A stretch of 64,000 nt of DNA from the human T2T-CHM13v2.0 reference genome, Homo sapiens (GCA_009914755.4 CP068257.2:43040001-43104000), one strand, 5' to 3'; counted from the stretch's first letter, positions 39,600 through 53,980 are shown. Notes: generated from the letters alone by a model not told the origin. A program made the numbers and translations.

Positions 39600-40760
39600 G
39601 TGAATGAACTCATTATCTTGACTGTGGGCTGATACTAAGATTATGCTAGCTTTATAAAATTAATTGGAGTGCTTTTCATGCTTTTATATGGTCTAGAATA
39701 TTTTGGCTAATAAAATTTGTTTCTTAAAGATAAACTGGAACTCGTTTGTGAAAACTTTTGAGCCTTCTTCACCTTGCAACATTTAAAACACTTTTCCAGC
39801 CTACAGAAAATTTGACAAACACTCTTCACCCCAATGCACTGCTAGTTACTACTTTGTCACATTTGCTTTCTCTCTCATGTCTACATGTGCCCATGTAAAC
39901 TCTTTTTTGTTGTTGAATCATTTAGATGTAAATTATTAACATGATTTTCACTCTTAGATATCTCTGCACTGTCACCTCAAAATAAGGACACTCCAAATTT
40001 CTACAATAAGATTATCACATCTAAGAAAAATATCGTTGATCCCATAAAAATAGCTAATATACACTCTACATTTCAATTCCAGCTGGGGACTCTTCAGGTG
40101 GTAAATGCTTTAAACTTTCATATTTCTGTTATGATTATTGGTTTATTCTGGTTTTTTACTCTTTCATGAGATAATAGTGATGACATAGTTTTCTGGAAAA
40201 TCACCTACTTCCTCCAAATTTTCAAATTTATTAACAAATAATTAACATAAAATGTCCTTAAAATAAATCTCTTCTGCATCTGCAATTCTGTTTTCTCATA
40301 TTTAATGTTGCATATTTTTGTGTTCTGTCCTTCTTCCTTTTCTCATGAGTTTATCTATGAGTCTTTTGAATACCCAAGTTTTCTAGATGTATGTTAAAAT
40401 TATGTTTTACCAAGCCCTTAGATATTCTGTTTTTCCCCTGGACCTGATATTTTATTAGCTTTATAATTCTTCCTTTCAGTTTTTGATCTTTAATACATTT
40501 AGACATATTTTAAGTACTTGGGTCCAGGTCTTACCCTGCTTTTTCTCCATATAGTAGACAGTTTTACCAACATTGCCTACAATTTGTGTGTGTTTGTGTG
40601 AGTGCGTATGTTTCTGAGCTCTCTATTCTGTTCCATTTCTCTCTGTAATTCTGTCTATTGTTGTATTATAAATTCCGATGCTATATTGTTAGGTGTATAT
40701 ATGTTCATGATCATTAAATACTCTCCATTTCTTTTTCCCTGGTTGGCACATAACATTCCT
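39600..40760 (-). mobile_element. Old L1 (L1M-like) fragment, antisense
   Basis: Motifs such as GAGCTCTCTATTCTGTTCCATTTCTCTCTG and TTAGGTGTATATATGTTCATGATCATT resemble the antisense L1 3' region. Divergent copy. Confidence 0.45.
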
Positions 40761-41695
40761 CTTTATCCCTGAAGCTCTCCTGAGCAACTCTAGCTCTGCC
40801 TCGGCCCTCACTCCACCAACATTCACAGGGTTTGATGTCCCTGTCACTTGTCTCTGCTTTCACTCACCAGACACCACCATACAGATTTCCACCTGACAAA
40901 AAAAAGTACCACAAGAGCCTACAGGAGGGGTATGGCTTTGAGGAGTTGGTGAAAGAGTCACAAAATGGGAGACATTTGAACCAGTCCTGAAATAGAGATA
41001 CTTTGTAAATCTCCATGGTAAGGAGCCCAGGATTAACTAATTAATTTCATGTCAAATAGAACCTAATGCCCAGCTTATCTCCACCCTCTGCTTTTCCTCT
41101 TAATCACCTCTTTTCACTAGACTGAAAGGAGTGGTACTATAAAATAGCATTCATCATATTGAACCAAGTGAGTAAAGAAAAATATGCTGGACATAAACTG
41201 AGTCCCACACTCTCAGGAAAGCTACCCCCTTTTCCACGGGTCCAGGACTGCCTGCTCAGAGCCCATGAGAAGTATCCTCAGAGAAAGTGCCTTCATTTGG
41301 AAAATTAATGATGCTCTCACATTTGCTAGTGTGAGGGTTAATTTTATGTGTCAGCTTGGCTAGGCCATGGGACCCAGATATTTGGTCAAACATGCCTGGA
41401 TATTGTTGTGAAGGTATTTTTTAGATGAGATTAATATTTAAATCAGGAGACTTTGAGAAAAGCAGATTATCTCCATCATGTGGGTGGGCCTCTTCCAATC
41501 AACTGAAAGCCTTGTGAAAAAGATTGACCTCCCCATGAAGAAGAGGGAATTCTGCCAGAAGTTGGCCTTCAGATTCGAACTGCTGTACCAACTCTTGCCT
41601 GGATCTCCAGCTTGCTGAACTCACCTGCAGATTTTGGACTTGCCAGCCCCCACAATCACATAAGGCAATTCCTTAAAATAAATCACTCATATATG

Positions 41696-41698
<3 letters not shown>

Positions 41699-41734
<36 letters not shown>

Positions 41735-41775
41735 GGAAGTGGGTGATTTTCCAGAAAAATATGTCATAGATAGAT

Positions 41776-41812
<37 letters not shown>
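41699..41812. repeat. (CA)n microsatellite (41699-41733) and (GATA)n microsatellite (41766-41812)
   Basis: ACACAC... x17; then GATAGATAGATA... x11. Confidence 0.95.
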
Positions 41813-42116
41813 GGCCGGGCGCAGTGGCTCATGCCTGTATTCTGAGCACTTTGGGAGGCCGAGGTGGGTGGATCACCTGAGGTCAGGAATTCGAGACCAG
41901 CCTGGCCAACATGGCGAAACCCCGTCTCTACTAAAATTACAAAAATTAGCCTGGCCTGGTGGCATGCACCTGTAGTCCCAGCTACTCAGGAGGCTGAGGC
42001 AGGAGAATAGCTTGAACCCAGGAGGCAGAGGTTACAGTGAGCTGAGATTGCACCACTGCACTCCAGCCTGGATGACAGAGTGAGACTCTGTCTCAAAAAT
42101 AAATAAATACATAAAA
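41813..42116 (+). mobile_element. Alu inserted into the (GATA)n tract, with target-site duplication
   Basis: GGCCGGGCGCAGTGGCTCATGCCTGTATTCTGAGCACTTTGGGAGGCCGAGG... Flanked by ...AGATAGATAGG on both sides. Confidence 0.9.
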
Positions 42117-42212
42117 AGATAGATAGGGCAGTGCTTCTGAAATTATTTTCCAACATACACGCTAAGGTAGGGCGGGGAGAGTGGAGGAGGTGGAGGAAGA
42201 GGAGGGGGTTGA

Positions 42213-43037
<825 letters not shown>

Positions 43038-43899
43038 GGGATCTGTTTTCAATGGACCCCCTTCCTTCAGTAGGTTGAGACATGAATTAGGCATTTATTT
43101 ACTGTTTTCCACAATATTCTGCTCTATAATAATATCCCATAAATTTCTATGAGACTCTTTAGTATGAACTCAGCCCAGACAAACCCTTTCCAAGGACTCA
43201 GTAAATTATGTCACACTTGCAACTTAAGGAGGGCCCTGGAGTTTCTCTTTGAAGATTCTGGGCTCTGCCACATTTGTCCACAGTCGGTCTGACGTCCATG
43301 TGTGGAAGGCAGGTGTGGAGTGGCTGAGGGGGCCACGCGCTCCAGGAAGACAGAAGGCAGCTACTGTTGGCGGGGGAGGGGTGGGTAAAGCCTTCCTGCA
43401 TCTCTACCTATGACATCTCCACAGGCAAAACTCCCCTGCCCCCAGCGCAGGTCATCATTTCTACAATCATTTACTGCTGGAGACAAAATCTCCAAAGGAC
43501 TGACTCAACAGTATGTTCTCTTGCAGAGAATCAAGGGAATAGGGGTAAGAAAGAACTATTTTCCTCCTTTTCCCTCAATCACTGACTTTTGGCTTATTTC
43601 AAATACCAACATCTGCATCGGTGCAAGCATTCGACCGAGTTTTCTTAGCTCGTTAGGGAAAGGAAGCCGACGTTCAGTTGGCGAGGCTTTCTGGTCTAAA
43701 GGCACAGGCAAGGGAGTGTTGGCCATTTGTCTCCTAGACGACCAGGCGGCCTCAGCCACGGTGGAGGCCACCGGCGCGCCTTCCCCTCGGGTTCACCAAG
43801 CCTGTCATTTTCAGCCTGCCCGAGGCAAAGCCCACCCTACCCAGCCAAGCATGTTCTTAAAATTCTTTACAGATTAACCCACGTGAATCTAAACCCGGT

Positions 43900-44600
43900 A
43901 GAGGCAAACGCTTTCCCTTCCACTGTGCGCTGCGTTGTAATTTACCCCAACGACCTGTTGAAAAGACCAAGGGAGCTTAGCAACCAGCCGTCCCCAGGGC
44001 CCCGGGGGGAAGCTGCAATTACCGGGTGCGAGGCCGGCGGGGCCGCAGCCCCCACTTCAAAGGCGCGGGAGGAGCCGAGGGAGGCGGAGCTGTAATTAGT
44101 GCGGGCCCCGCCGGGCGACCACGGGCCTGCTCACGCCTCGCGGCCTCCGAGGAGCAAGGAAAGGCCCGCGTGGGAGCGAAGAGCCAGGGAGGAACAAAGA
44201 CGCCTCCTGTTTGATGTGAATCACCCAGAACTAGGGAAGGGAGGCGGGCGCACCTCTCCCGCCCAGTCCCTGCAGAGTCAGGGCGCAGAAGGAAGCCTGG
44301 CTCAGGGGCGATGGCGTGGGACGGCGACCCCGCCCTGCCCGTGCTCCCCCAGCGCCTGAAGCAGGATGGAGATGCCCTGGTCTGCCCCCGGCCAGGCTCC
44401 CTGGACGCTTTGGGATCTGCGGACACAGGGCCTGGACTGGCCACATCCCTGCTCCCAGACAGAGCACAGACCCCGCTGGGGCCCGCCCTGGGTGTCCGCA
44501 TAGGGAGGGGGCTGGAGAGCAGGAGCCCCCCCGCGCCGCGCCTAAGGGGACCAGGAGCCATGGGGAGGATGCTGTGGGGAAGCTTCCAGAAGGACCCACC
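43900..44600. promoter_or_regulatory. CpG island (candidate unannotated promoter) in the TSPEAR upstream region
   Basis: Dense CpG (GGCGCGCCTTCCCCTCGGG, CCGGCGGGGCCGCAGCCCC, GGGCCCCGCCGGGCGACCACGGGCC, CCCGCGTGGGAGCG). Two TAATT-core motifs (CTGCAATTACCGGGTGCG and GCTGTAATTAGTGCGGGCCC). Confidence 0.45.
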
Positions 44601-44890
44601 CAGGGAGACGGAAGGGTGGGATTCAAGGTGGCCGACCACCAGCCACCTGCCTGATGGCTTGTTGATCCCAGACTGCCTCCAAGTATTCTGGCCTCCATAT
44701 TGGTGTGCTACGCTTGTTATCTTAAGGTGTTTTTAAAACCCGGTTTTCTAAGGACACAGATGCAGGATGTGCCCTCCGGCAGCCAGGTGCTGACTGGGGC
44801 TCAGGGTCTGTGTGGGTGGGTGCGGCTGTGAGTGTGGACGGGCGTGTGTGTAGGAGTGACTTCCTAGAATGAATCCAAGAGGAGCCTCTT

Positions 44891-44972
44891 TGGGGAAGGT
44901 GGTGGGGCCAGGTGGGAAGGCTCTGGCTCTGTGGGGAAGGTGGTGGGGCCAGGTGAGAAGGCTCTGGCTCTG
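44891..44972. repeat. Tandem duplication, 2 x 41 bp
   Basis: TGGGGAAGGTGGTGGGGCCAGGTG(G/A)GAAGGCTCTGGCTCTG occurs twice. Confidence 0.85.
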
Positions 44973-45114
44973 TGCACATTTCTGTAATATCTAAATATTC
45001 CAGGTTTCAATCATGAATTACTTCTTTTCTAGAAGGACCAAAAGGGATCATTTGCGATTATGAGCTATTTTTCTTCTTATGATTTTCTAGTACATTTTTA
45101 AAAATCTGATAAAG

Positions 45115-45416
<302 letters not shown>

Positions 45417-45436
45417 GTCTTAAACTAGGACTATGC

Positions 45437-45731
45437 TTTTGGAGCATGTCGCAGGGATCTGAGGCTTGGGGTAAGCGTCGGAGACTGGCTCATTTGGAGC
45501 TTTTGGAGCATGTCGCAGGGATCTGAGGCCTGGGGTAAGCCTCGGAGACTGGCTCATTTGGAGCTTTTAAAGCGTGTCGCGGGGACCTGAGTCCTCACAG
45601 ACTGGCTCATTTGGAGCTTTTGAAGCGTGTTGCGGGGACCTGAGTCCTCGGAGACTGGCTCATTTGGAGCTTTTGGAGTGTGTCGCGGGGACCTGGGGCC
45701 TGGGGTAAGCCTTGGAGACTGGCTCATTTGG
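45437..45731. repeat. Minisatellite, 58-66 bp unit x 5
   Basis: GGAGCTTTTGGAGCATGTCGCAGGGATCTGAGGC.TGGGGTAAGC.TCGGAGACTGGCTCATTT repeated five times. Two units lack GGGGTAAGC. Confidence 0.9.
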
Positions 45732-45829
45732 AAAGGGCTCACCAGGCTGCAGTCACTGTGTGGACTTCCCCAAGGGCCACCCTGTGCCCTGCTTAACATT
45801 TTGCCAAAGACAGAAATGGCAAGTTCAAA

Positions 45830-47050
45830 AAAGTGAGGTTGACAAAGTGAAGTGATAACCCACAGAATCAAAGAAAATATTTGCAAACTATCCATATGGC
45901 AAGGGATTCATAACCCAAATATATGAGGAGCTCAGACAACTCAATGGCCAAAAAAAAAAAAAAGCAGCCAGGTGCAGTGGCTCACACCTGTAATCCCAGC
46001 ACTTTAGGGGGCCAACACAGGTGGACTGCTTGAGCCCAGGAGTTTGAGACCAGCCTGGGCAACATGGCAAAACCCTGTCTCTACAAAAAATACAAAAATT
46101 AGCCAGGCGTGCTGTTGCACACCTGTGGTCCCCGCTACTCCGGAGGCTGAGGCGGGAGGATTGGTGATTGATTGCTTGAGCCCGGGAAGCAGAGGCTGCA
46201 GGGAGCCATGACTGTGCCACTGCACTCCAGCCTGGGCAACAGAGTGAGACCCTATCTCAAAACAACAATAACAAACAATAATCATCTGATTAAAAATGGG
46301 TAAAAGATGTGAACAGACTTTTCTCAAAAGAAGACATACAAAGGCCAACAGGTGTTTTAAAATATGCTCAACATCACTAATCAGCAGAGAAATGCAAATC
46401 AAACCACAGTGCATTACCATCTCAGCCCAGTGAAAATGGCTTGTATCAGAAAGACAGGCAATAACAGACGCTGGTGAGGGTGTAGAACACTGTGGGTGGG
46501 AAGGTAGCACAGTACAGCCCCTATGAGAAACAGTACGAAAAGCACAACTACCATGTAATCCAGCAATTCCACTACTGGTATTTATCCAAAAGAAAGGAAA
46601 TTAGTATGTCAGAGATCTCTGCACTCCTGTGTTTATTGCAGCACCGTTCACAATAGCCAAGATACGGAATCAACCTAAGGGCTTATCAGTGGATGAATGG
46701 ATAAAGAAAATGTGGTAAATATACACAATGGAATATTATTCAGCTATCGAAAAGAATGAAATCCTGTCATTTTCAGCAACATAGATGGAACTGGGGGTCA
46801 TTATGTTAAGCGCAATAAGCCAGGCACAGAAAGACCAACATCTCACGCTGTCACTCGTGTGGAAGCTAAACCAGAGGCTCCCGTGGAGGCAGAGAGTGGA
46901 ATGGCGGTTCCCAGAGGAAGGAGGCGGAGGGGCGATAAAGGAGGGAAATCTAAACGTGTTTCTCGTCACTGAGCTGTACGCTTTAAAATGGTGCAGATGG
47001 TACATTTTATATGTATGTTATTCCTCAATTTAAAAATTAATTTTAAAAGC
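45830..47050 (+). mobile_element. L1 3'-end fragment (ORF2 C-terminus plus 3' UTR), interrupted by an Alu
   Basis: ...CCACAGAATCAAAGAAAATATTTGCAAACTATCCATATGGCAAGGGATT..., then after the Alu ...TTCTCAAAAGAAGACATACAAAGGCCAACAGG...CATCACTAATCAGCAGAGAAATGCAAATCAAACCACAGTG... to the AT-rich 3' UTR. Confidence 0.8.
45964..46285 (+). mobile_element. Alu inserted into the L1 fragment
   Basis: GCAGCCAGGTGCAGTGGCTCACACCTGTAATCCCAGCACTTTAGGGGGCCAACACAGG... Confidence 0.9.
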
Positions 47051-47954
47051 GAGGTTAATGTTGCAAATGTTGTCACTGAGGCACCCACGTGTTTACCTTA
47101 AATTGCGTTTTGTGGCACTCAGGGACAGGCAGGCTATTTAAAAAGTGTGCATTTTTTCAGCTTCACTAGAAATAGAATTTGTGGCAGTTTGTGGACTTTG
47201 TCACGAATCAAGCTTTCCTTTGGGAAGATCTTTCCTGTGTGGGCTTGGGTGAGTGCCTTTGCCTGCTGGAGGGAGGGGGAGCCTGCCTCAGTGGTGGTGG
47301 GGGCTGTGGGGATGGAGTCTTTATCCCATAAGGAGCTCTCAGTGTGCCCAGGCATCTCATAGGGATTGTACCCACCATCCCCATGGTGGGCTGATTCCGG
47401 GTCTCACCAACAGCCCTCATGACCCACCTGCTGGGCACCATGAGCCCGCCCCAGCTGCCCTGCAGATCACAGATGCCGGAAAGGCTCCCGGTGCCTGCTC
47501 CTGCTCCTGCAGCTGAGCAGCCAGCCACACCCGCTCCTCCTCCCCAGGTCCACAGCCGCCAAGTTCTGAGTCTTCCCCACCCCAAGCCTGTCCCTTTCTC
47601 CACCAAGGGCCAGCACAGCCATCTGGGTTGTCCACACCAACTCCCCTCCACAGTCCTCATTCCTGAAGGCACCCCTCCCTACTCAGCCCTGCCGCCTCTT
47701 CCTCTAAGGGACCCCTCCTGGACAGGGTTCTCAAAGTCCAGTGCACACAAAACCCTGGGGGTTCCAGCTTGTGAGGTCAGCATGGGCTGGGAGTGCCCTG
47801 ACCCCACTTTGAGAAACACCACAGCTCCATCCCCAGCAGAGGTGCTGGTCCCCCCAGGGTCCTTCTCCATCTTGGAGGGACATGTGCCCCTCACTTGCTC
47901 CTACTCAGGATCTAGGCCTCCTTGCTGCACCCAGCACAGCTGCCCTGAACTCCC

Positions 47955-48040
47955 CCTCCCCTCCGCCGCAGCCTCCCCTCCGCCGCAGCCTCCCCTCTGC
48001 CACAGCCTCCCCTCCGCCACAGCCTCCCCTCCGCTGCAGC
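47955..48040. repeat. Short tandem repeat, 15-bp unit x about 5.5
   Basis: CCTCCCCTC(C/T)GCC(G/A)CAG repeated. Confidence 0.85.
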
Positions 48041-48818
48041 CTCTCTGGCCTCCTGTGAACTGCTTGGCTGTTCCTAAGCCTTGGTCCCTGGAAAATCCCA
48101 GTTCCAGCTCAGCGCCCACATCCAGGTGATGCTCAAATGGGCCCAGCCTCAACTCTCAGCCCACAGAGCTCAGAGGACGGCTGAGGCCTCTGGTCAGAAG
48201 ACCCCAGGCTTCCCCGAAGGAAGGGACACCTCACGAGGACAGCCTGTCACCACAGTCCTAATGGACTTCCAGGGACCACAGTGCCAGCGCTTTCCATCAG
48301 AATGGCTGACAGTATTAGAGATCATACATCATTCATTTGCCTCACGAACCCCGAGGGAGTGCTTGCTCCAGAGAGACCCCTGGGCTCCCAGGGCCTGGCA
48401 CTGGTGACAGTGGCATGGGAGGGGCACATGAGCCGGGTGGCACAGCAAGGCAGCACCGTGACCCTAGGGGTGCTGTGGGCGGAGAAGATGGGGGCAGTCC
48501 TGGGCTGCTGAGCTTCTCTGAGGGGTCATCGTCCTTCAGGCAAGTGGCAGGAAGTGGCCCACAGGCTTCCAAGCTGCGGGAGCAGAGTGAACAAGCAGCA
48601 GGAAGAGCTGAGAGTCCTGGGAACAGTGGAGCCTGCATGGAGGGGACAGGAAAGGGGATGGAGTCCGGGGCAGCAGTGAGAGACCCAGAGGACGAGAGAC
48701 CTGGAGACACCTGCAGCCCTGGGAGACGCCCTGGCAGCCAGGGCTCAGGAAAAACCATCCTCAGAGAAGACACACGAGGTCATTATTCAGAACAAGAGTA
48801 GGTAGATAAAAGCATATC

Positions 48819-49106
<288 letters not shown>

Positions 49107-50513
49107 TTAGTGCTATTCTCAGCATCAGAAGTCAAAATGGCAACTCATTAAGCATCACCACCAGCGATGTTTGTGGTGGGAGAGTGGAGACCATAGACCC
49201 CCAGCATTGATAATGTTGGTCCAAGTAAAATGCAAGAACTTCAAATGCAAGGGTCAAAGTGTCCCTTGAATAACCGCATTTTTCTCGGGTAGAATTCCAA
49301 ATTACAGCGAGTTCATAGCACTGGTCCTGCCCCGCCACGATGACCCACTTGGTGTTGATGGACGAGAACGCGCTTGTGTCTTACTCGTGCAGTTTGCTAA
49401 ACTAACAACCAAAAGGCCATCGCGCCCTTACAGTTTTATTCCCCGCTGACAGATTTGAGGGGAGCTGTCAGGTGGGAGGCTTCTGAGAGCATTCTAGCCT
49501 ATTACACCCAGCAAATAGATTACATCACTTAGACATACGTTTGCTTTTAAAAATAACTTTATTTTTCCTACGACACAAGTAATAATAGGTTCCTTGTTGA
49601 AACCTCATCACATATGGATGACAAAAAGTAGGAATGAAAACTGATCACAATTTCACTGTCAGAGATAGACACTGAGCATCTCGGCACCATGCAGCAAGAA
49701 TGTATGTAGATACCCATGGTAGATAAAAAATATATGATATATGGGCATAAAACATGGACTGTCCCGTCGTCTTCTGTGAGCCGCCAGCACAGCTGATGAT
49801 GTGGGTGGCACAGGCATTGAGTCACCACTGGGAGTGGCCGTCATCCCTCTCCTGAAGAGACGGGGGATAGGGGGCCTGTGGGGCACCTGGGGATCGTCCC
49901 CTCCTCCACATGGCCTGTGCAGCTGGTCAGAGTGAGCTCACCAGGAGCACCGGCTGCTCCCAGCCCTGGGCCCCCTTGAGTTCTCCACCAGCACCCCGCC
50001 CCTGCGAATATGCACAGATCAAGGGGACAGGGCCCCGCTGGGCCACAGGCTCAGGACAGGTGACCATCCAAGAGGGCCGGGAAGTGGCGGGTGCTGCACA
50101 CTGGCCTGCTGGCCCAGTATCACCCGATCTCGTGTCTGCCTCTTGAGCGCTGATGGTGTGCGTCTGTGCCCCTCACAAAACAGCACTGCGGTAAGTCCAA
50201 GACACAAGCGGGCCAAAGACTCAAGGCAGTGCAGAAGGCGGCACGTGTTCCAGGGGAACACGGCACCCCTGACCATAGCAAGAGGCACAGGAAAGCGGCC
50301 TGCAGCAGGGAGGGGGCGGAGAGCCTGGTGTCTTCTGCATCCTAGGGAGCCAGGCTGTCTGTGCCCCAGTGGCTTCTCCATAACTTCTGGGTTCTGTGGA
50401 TGTCCCCTGCAGCCGGGACTCCTGACCGAGGCAGCTCCGTCAGGGTCCAACTGATTCCCCGCACATTGGGCAAGAGGTGGTTCCTAATCACACATCAGCT
50501 TCTTGATGACCGT

Positions 50514-52584
50514 TAGTGGATTTTGGCTGCTGTAAGAAAATACCACTGACTGGGTGTTTCAACAACAAGCTGTGTTCCTCACAGTCTAGGGGCTGGAAGT
50601 TGGAGGCCAAGGTGGCAGCAGGGTCGGGTTCTGGCAAGGACACTCTTCCTGGTTTGCTCGCGGCTGTCTTCTTCTTGCACCCTCATGTGGCAGACAGAGC
50701 AAAAGTGACAGCATGCTCTCTGGGGTCTCCTTCATAAGAGGACCCCATCATGAGGGCCACAACCTAATCACCTCCCAAACGCCCTGCCTCCTAGCGCCAC
50801 CACACCAGGGTTAGAATTTCTATATAGGAACTCTGGGGAGATGCAATCGGCCCATAACATTCTGTTCCTGACTCCGAAATTGTACGTCCTTCTCATGTGC
50901 AAAACACATTCATTTCACCCCTCCAACCCCAAAGTGGTGGCTCGTTCTGCCATCAGCTCTAAAGTCTAAAGTCCAAAGTCTCATCTAAACATCATCTAAA
51001 TCAGATACGGGTGACACTCAAAGTTTACTTCCTCCCTAGCTGTGAACCTGTAAAATGGAACAAGTTACATGCGTTTAAAATACAATGGTGGGAGAGCCAT
51101 ATGACAGACTTTCCCATTCCGAAGGGGGAAATGGGAAGGAAGAAAAGGGTAACAGGTCCCATGGAGCCTGGACCCCAATAGGGCAAACAATGTTAAATCT
51201 TCAGGCTCAAGAATCATCTTCTTTGGCTTGAGCCCCTGCCCTCCAGACCCACTACGGCCATGGTCCTGCCCCTGCAGCTCTGGGGGGCAGGGGTCATGCC
51301 TGCAAGGCTCTGGGCAGCCCTGCCCCCAAGGCTTTGGGCAGGGAGCATCTGGCCTGTTGCTCCCAGGGAGCAGCTGCCCATGTGGCAGCCCTGATGGACT
51401 CTAAATCACCTTCTGGGTCCTTCTTCCCTTGTCTTGAAGAATAGTGCATGTTCACAGCCAAATAGCTCCCTGGTCCTGCTCGGTACAACCCAAGAGGTCA
51501 GACGGCCAAACTCACTTCCTTCCCCTCTCTCCCACCTTTGGTTCAAGCTGAGTGTTCCTGCCGGGACAGCTGGTTGTGACTGTGGTTCACACCCACACAA
51601 ATCCCCTTATCAGATGGTCATCTGGCTATGCCCTTAATGTTCTCTTCCAAACACACATTCTCATTTTTTTACATTATGCATAGGCTGAGGATTTTCCAAA
51701 TCTTTAAGTTCTGGTTTCTTTTTGTTTAACAGCTTGGTCTTGAAATCATTTCTAGCTTCTCACATTTTACCATAAGCAGCCAGGAGGAACTAAGCCGTCC
51801 CTTCAACACTTTGCTTATAAACCCCCTCAGCCAAGTATCGTGTTTCATCACTCACAAGTTCTGCTTTCCACACAACACCAGGACACAAACATAGTTCGGC
51901 CGAGTTCTTTGCTGCTTTTTAACAAGGTGGCCTTTCCTCCAGTTGACACTAGCATGTTCCTGGTTTCCATCTGAGCCTTCCCATCCAGGGTTCTGCTCAC
52001 GATCCCCTAGGCGTCCTCTGAGAAGACAGAGGCTCTCTCTGCAGTGCTTCTCTTCTTGCTGAGCCCGCACCAGAATCACCTTTAAAAAGCTGTTCGTAGC
52101 CATCTAGGCTTTTTCTAGCATGTGGCTCCGAATGATTCCAGCTGCCCCCATTCATCAGTTCCAAGGCCACATCCACATTCACAGGCGTTGGTTGCAGCAG
52201 CTCTCACTCCTCGCACTGATCTTCTGTCCTGGCTTGGGTGCCGCAACGGTGCCTGTAGACTGGATGGTGTTCAGAAAACAGGCATTTATTTCCTCACAGT
52301 GCTGGGGGCTGGGAATTGGAGACCAGGGTGCCAGCACAGTTGGAGTCTGTTAAAAGCTCTCCCAGGTTGCAGACAGCTGTCTTTTCACTGTGTCCTCACA
52401 CAGTGGAAGGGGCAAGGCAGCTCTCTGGGGCCTCTTTTATATGGACACGAATCCCATTCACAAGGGCTCCACTCTTATGACCTCATCAGCCCCCAAAGGA
52501 CCCATCTCCTAATACCCTCACCTTGGGGGTTATGGTTTCAACAGATATATTTAGGGGAGACACAAACATTCAGTCCACGACAAT
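50514..52584 (+). mobile_element. Provirus-like MaLR element (MLT1 family): LTR about 50514-50862, internal region, LTR about 52231-52584
   Basis: Both ends match the MLT1 LTR consensus (GGCTGCTGTAA.AAAATACCAC.GACTGGGTG...TCTAGGGGCTGGAAGT..AAG..CAAGGTG.CAGCAGGGT... and ...TCTGGGGCCTCTTTTATA.GGACAC.AATCCCATTCA.AAGGGCTCCACTCTTATGACCTCATCA.CCCCCAAAGGACC..ATCTCCTAATACCCTCACCTTGGGGGTTA.GGTTTCAACA.ATATATTTAGGGGAGACACAAACATTCAGTCCA). Confidence 0.55.
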
Positions 52585-53724
52585 GACCACAAAACCCAGA
52601 TTTTAATTCAGTGAAATCCAAACAACATGGCAAGACTCCTCACATCAAGATGCTCAGGTTTTATGTCACATGGAAAGCTAGTCACAGCCCCATCCAACAC
52701 AAGTCCTATCTGCAAAATGCTGACAACCTGGTGGCAAGAGGACGGTGAGGGAAGGAGAGGGACAGGCAGGGAGGAAAGGCAGGCTCCACAGAGGAGATGC
52801 AGGTGAGGGGAAATGGAGCACTGGGAATGGCTGGGCGTGAGACTCGGAGCCAAATACACAGCAGTAGAGGGACTTCTGCCCCTGCAACAGTGAGGAGGCA
52901 CCTGCGGCCTGGCACCTGCGGCCTGGGCATGGGAGCTCAGGAAGCAGCAGCAGGCTTGGGAGATGCCTGGAGCTGAAGGAGCACAGCCGCGGCCGGGGCC
53001 CAGACCGGGCACGTCCTGCAGGGCTCAGCTTCCCCCAGCACAGCTCAGTTTTAGGAATAGGATAAAGTGGCATTAAAAGACAGAAGCAAGATGGGGGTAA
53101 ATGAAAACAAACTGTGTTTACCACACTTCTGACACCAAATGTGTGGGTTTCCATACCAATTCTCCAATTCTGCGTCAGTGCCAATGGGGTATCCCGCAAT
53201 CTAATTCAGTTCTGACACCAACTGACCAGGGTCAGCACAGACCCCTCAGGCTGAGGGATGGGCCCAGGAAACTGTCCCCACTCCAAGTGCCAATCACAGG
53301 TCCCGGGGTGTCATCTGTCCCCAGTACCTCGGCTATAAATTGGGAGTTCCCATGACCCCCTCCTTAGGTTCAATAATTTGCTATAATAATTCACAAAACT
53401 CAGGGAAACGTCACTTCCGTTTGCTGGGTTACTCTCCTAATAAAGGGTGTGCTGAAGGACACAGATGAGCAGCAGGTGAGGGGTGCACAGGGCAAGGCCC
53501 AGAGGGACCCTGAGTGCAGGAGCTGGCATCCGTGGAGCCCCGGCTGCCCCGCCCTCCCAGCTCAGGATGTGTTCCCAGCCCGGTAGCTCTCTGCATCCTC
53601 TGTGTGGGGGTTTGAAGGAGCCTCCGTGACGCATGACTGGTGAAGTTAGTGACTCCTGGTGACTGACTCAGTCCCCAACCTCTGCACGGAGGTCACAGGT
53701 TCCAGCAAGTCCCAGCCTCGAATC

Positions 53725-53980
53725 CTGCCTTGGTCTTTCTGCCACCAGCACCCCATTCTGATGCTGCCTAGGTCCCCGCCTCCAGTCATCTGCCTTAATC
53801 TTTCTGCCACCAGCGCCCCATTCTGAAGCTGCCTAGGGCCCCGCCTCCTGCCTTGGTCTTTCTAGCCACCAGCACCCCATCCTGAAGCTGGCTAGGGCCC
53901 CACCTCCAGTCATCTGCCTTGGTCTTTCTAGCCACCAGCACCCCATCCTGAAGCTGGTTAGGGCCTCACCTCCAGGCATC
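53725..53980. repeat. Minisatellite, about 60-68 bp unit x 4
   Basis: CTGCCTTGGTCTTTCT(A)GCCACCAGCACCCCAT(T/C)CTGAAGCTG(C/G)CTAGGGCCCCGCCTCCAGTCAT repeated. Confidence 0.85.

Noticed and set aside
44019-44736. 206-aa, 155-aa, 141-aa and 112-aa ORFs on both strands inside the 43.9-44.6 kb CpG island
   Set aside because: GC-composition artefacts (Ala/Gly/Pro/Arg-rich). They overlap one another in several frames and show no homology recognisable by eye.
47419-48129. 236-aa Pro/Ser-rich plus-strand ORF
   Set aside because: Low-complexity, GC-rich, and overlaps a 15-bp tandem repeat. There is no recognisable domain, splice or promoter context and no reading-frame-specific signal, so it is most likely non-coding.
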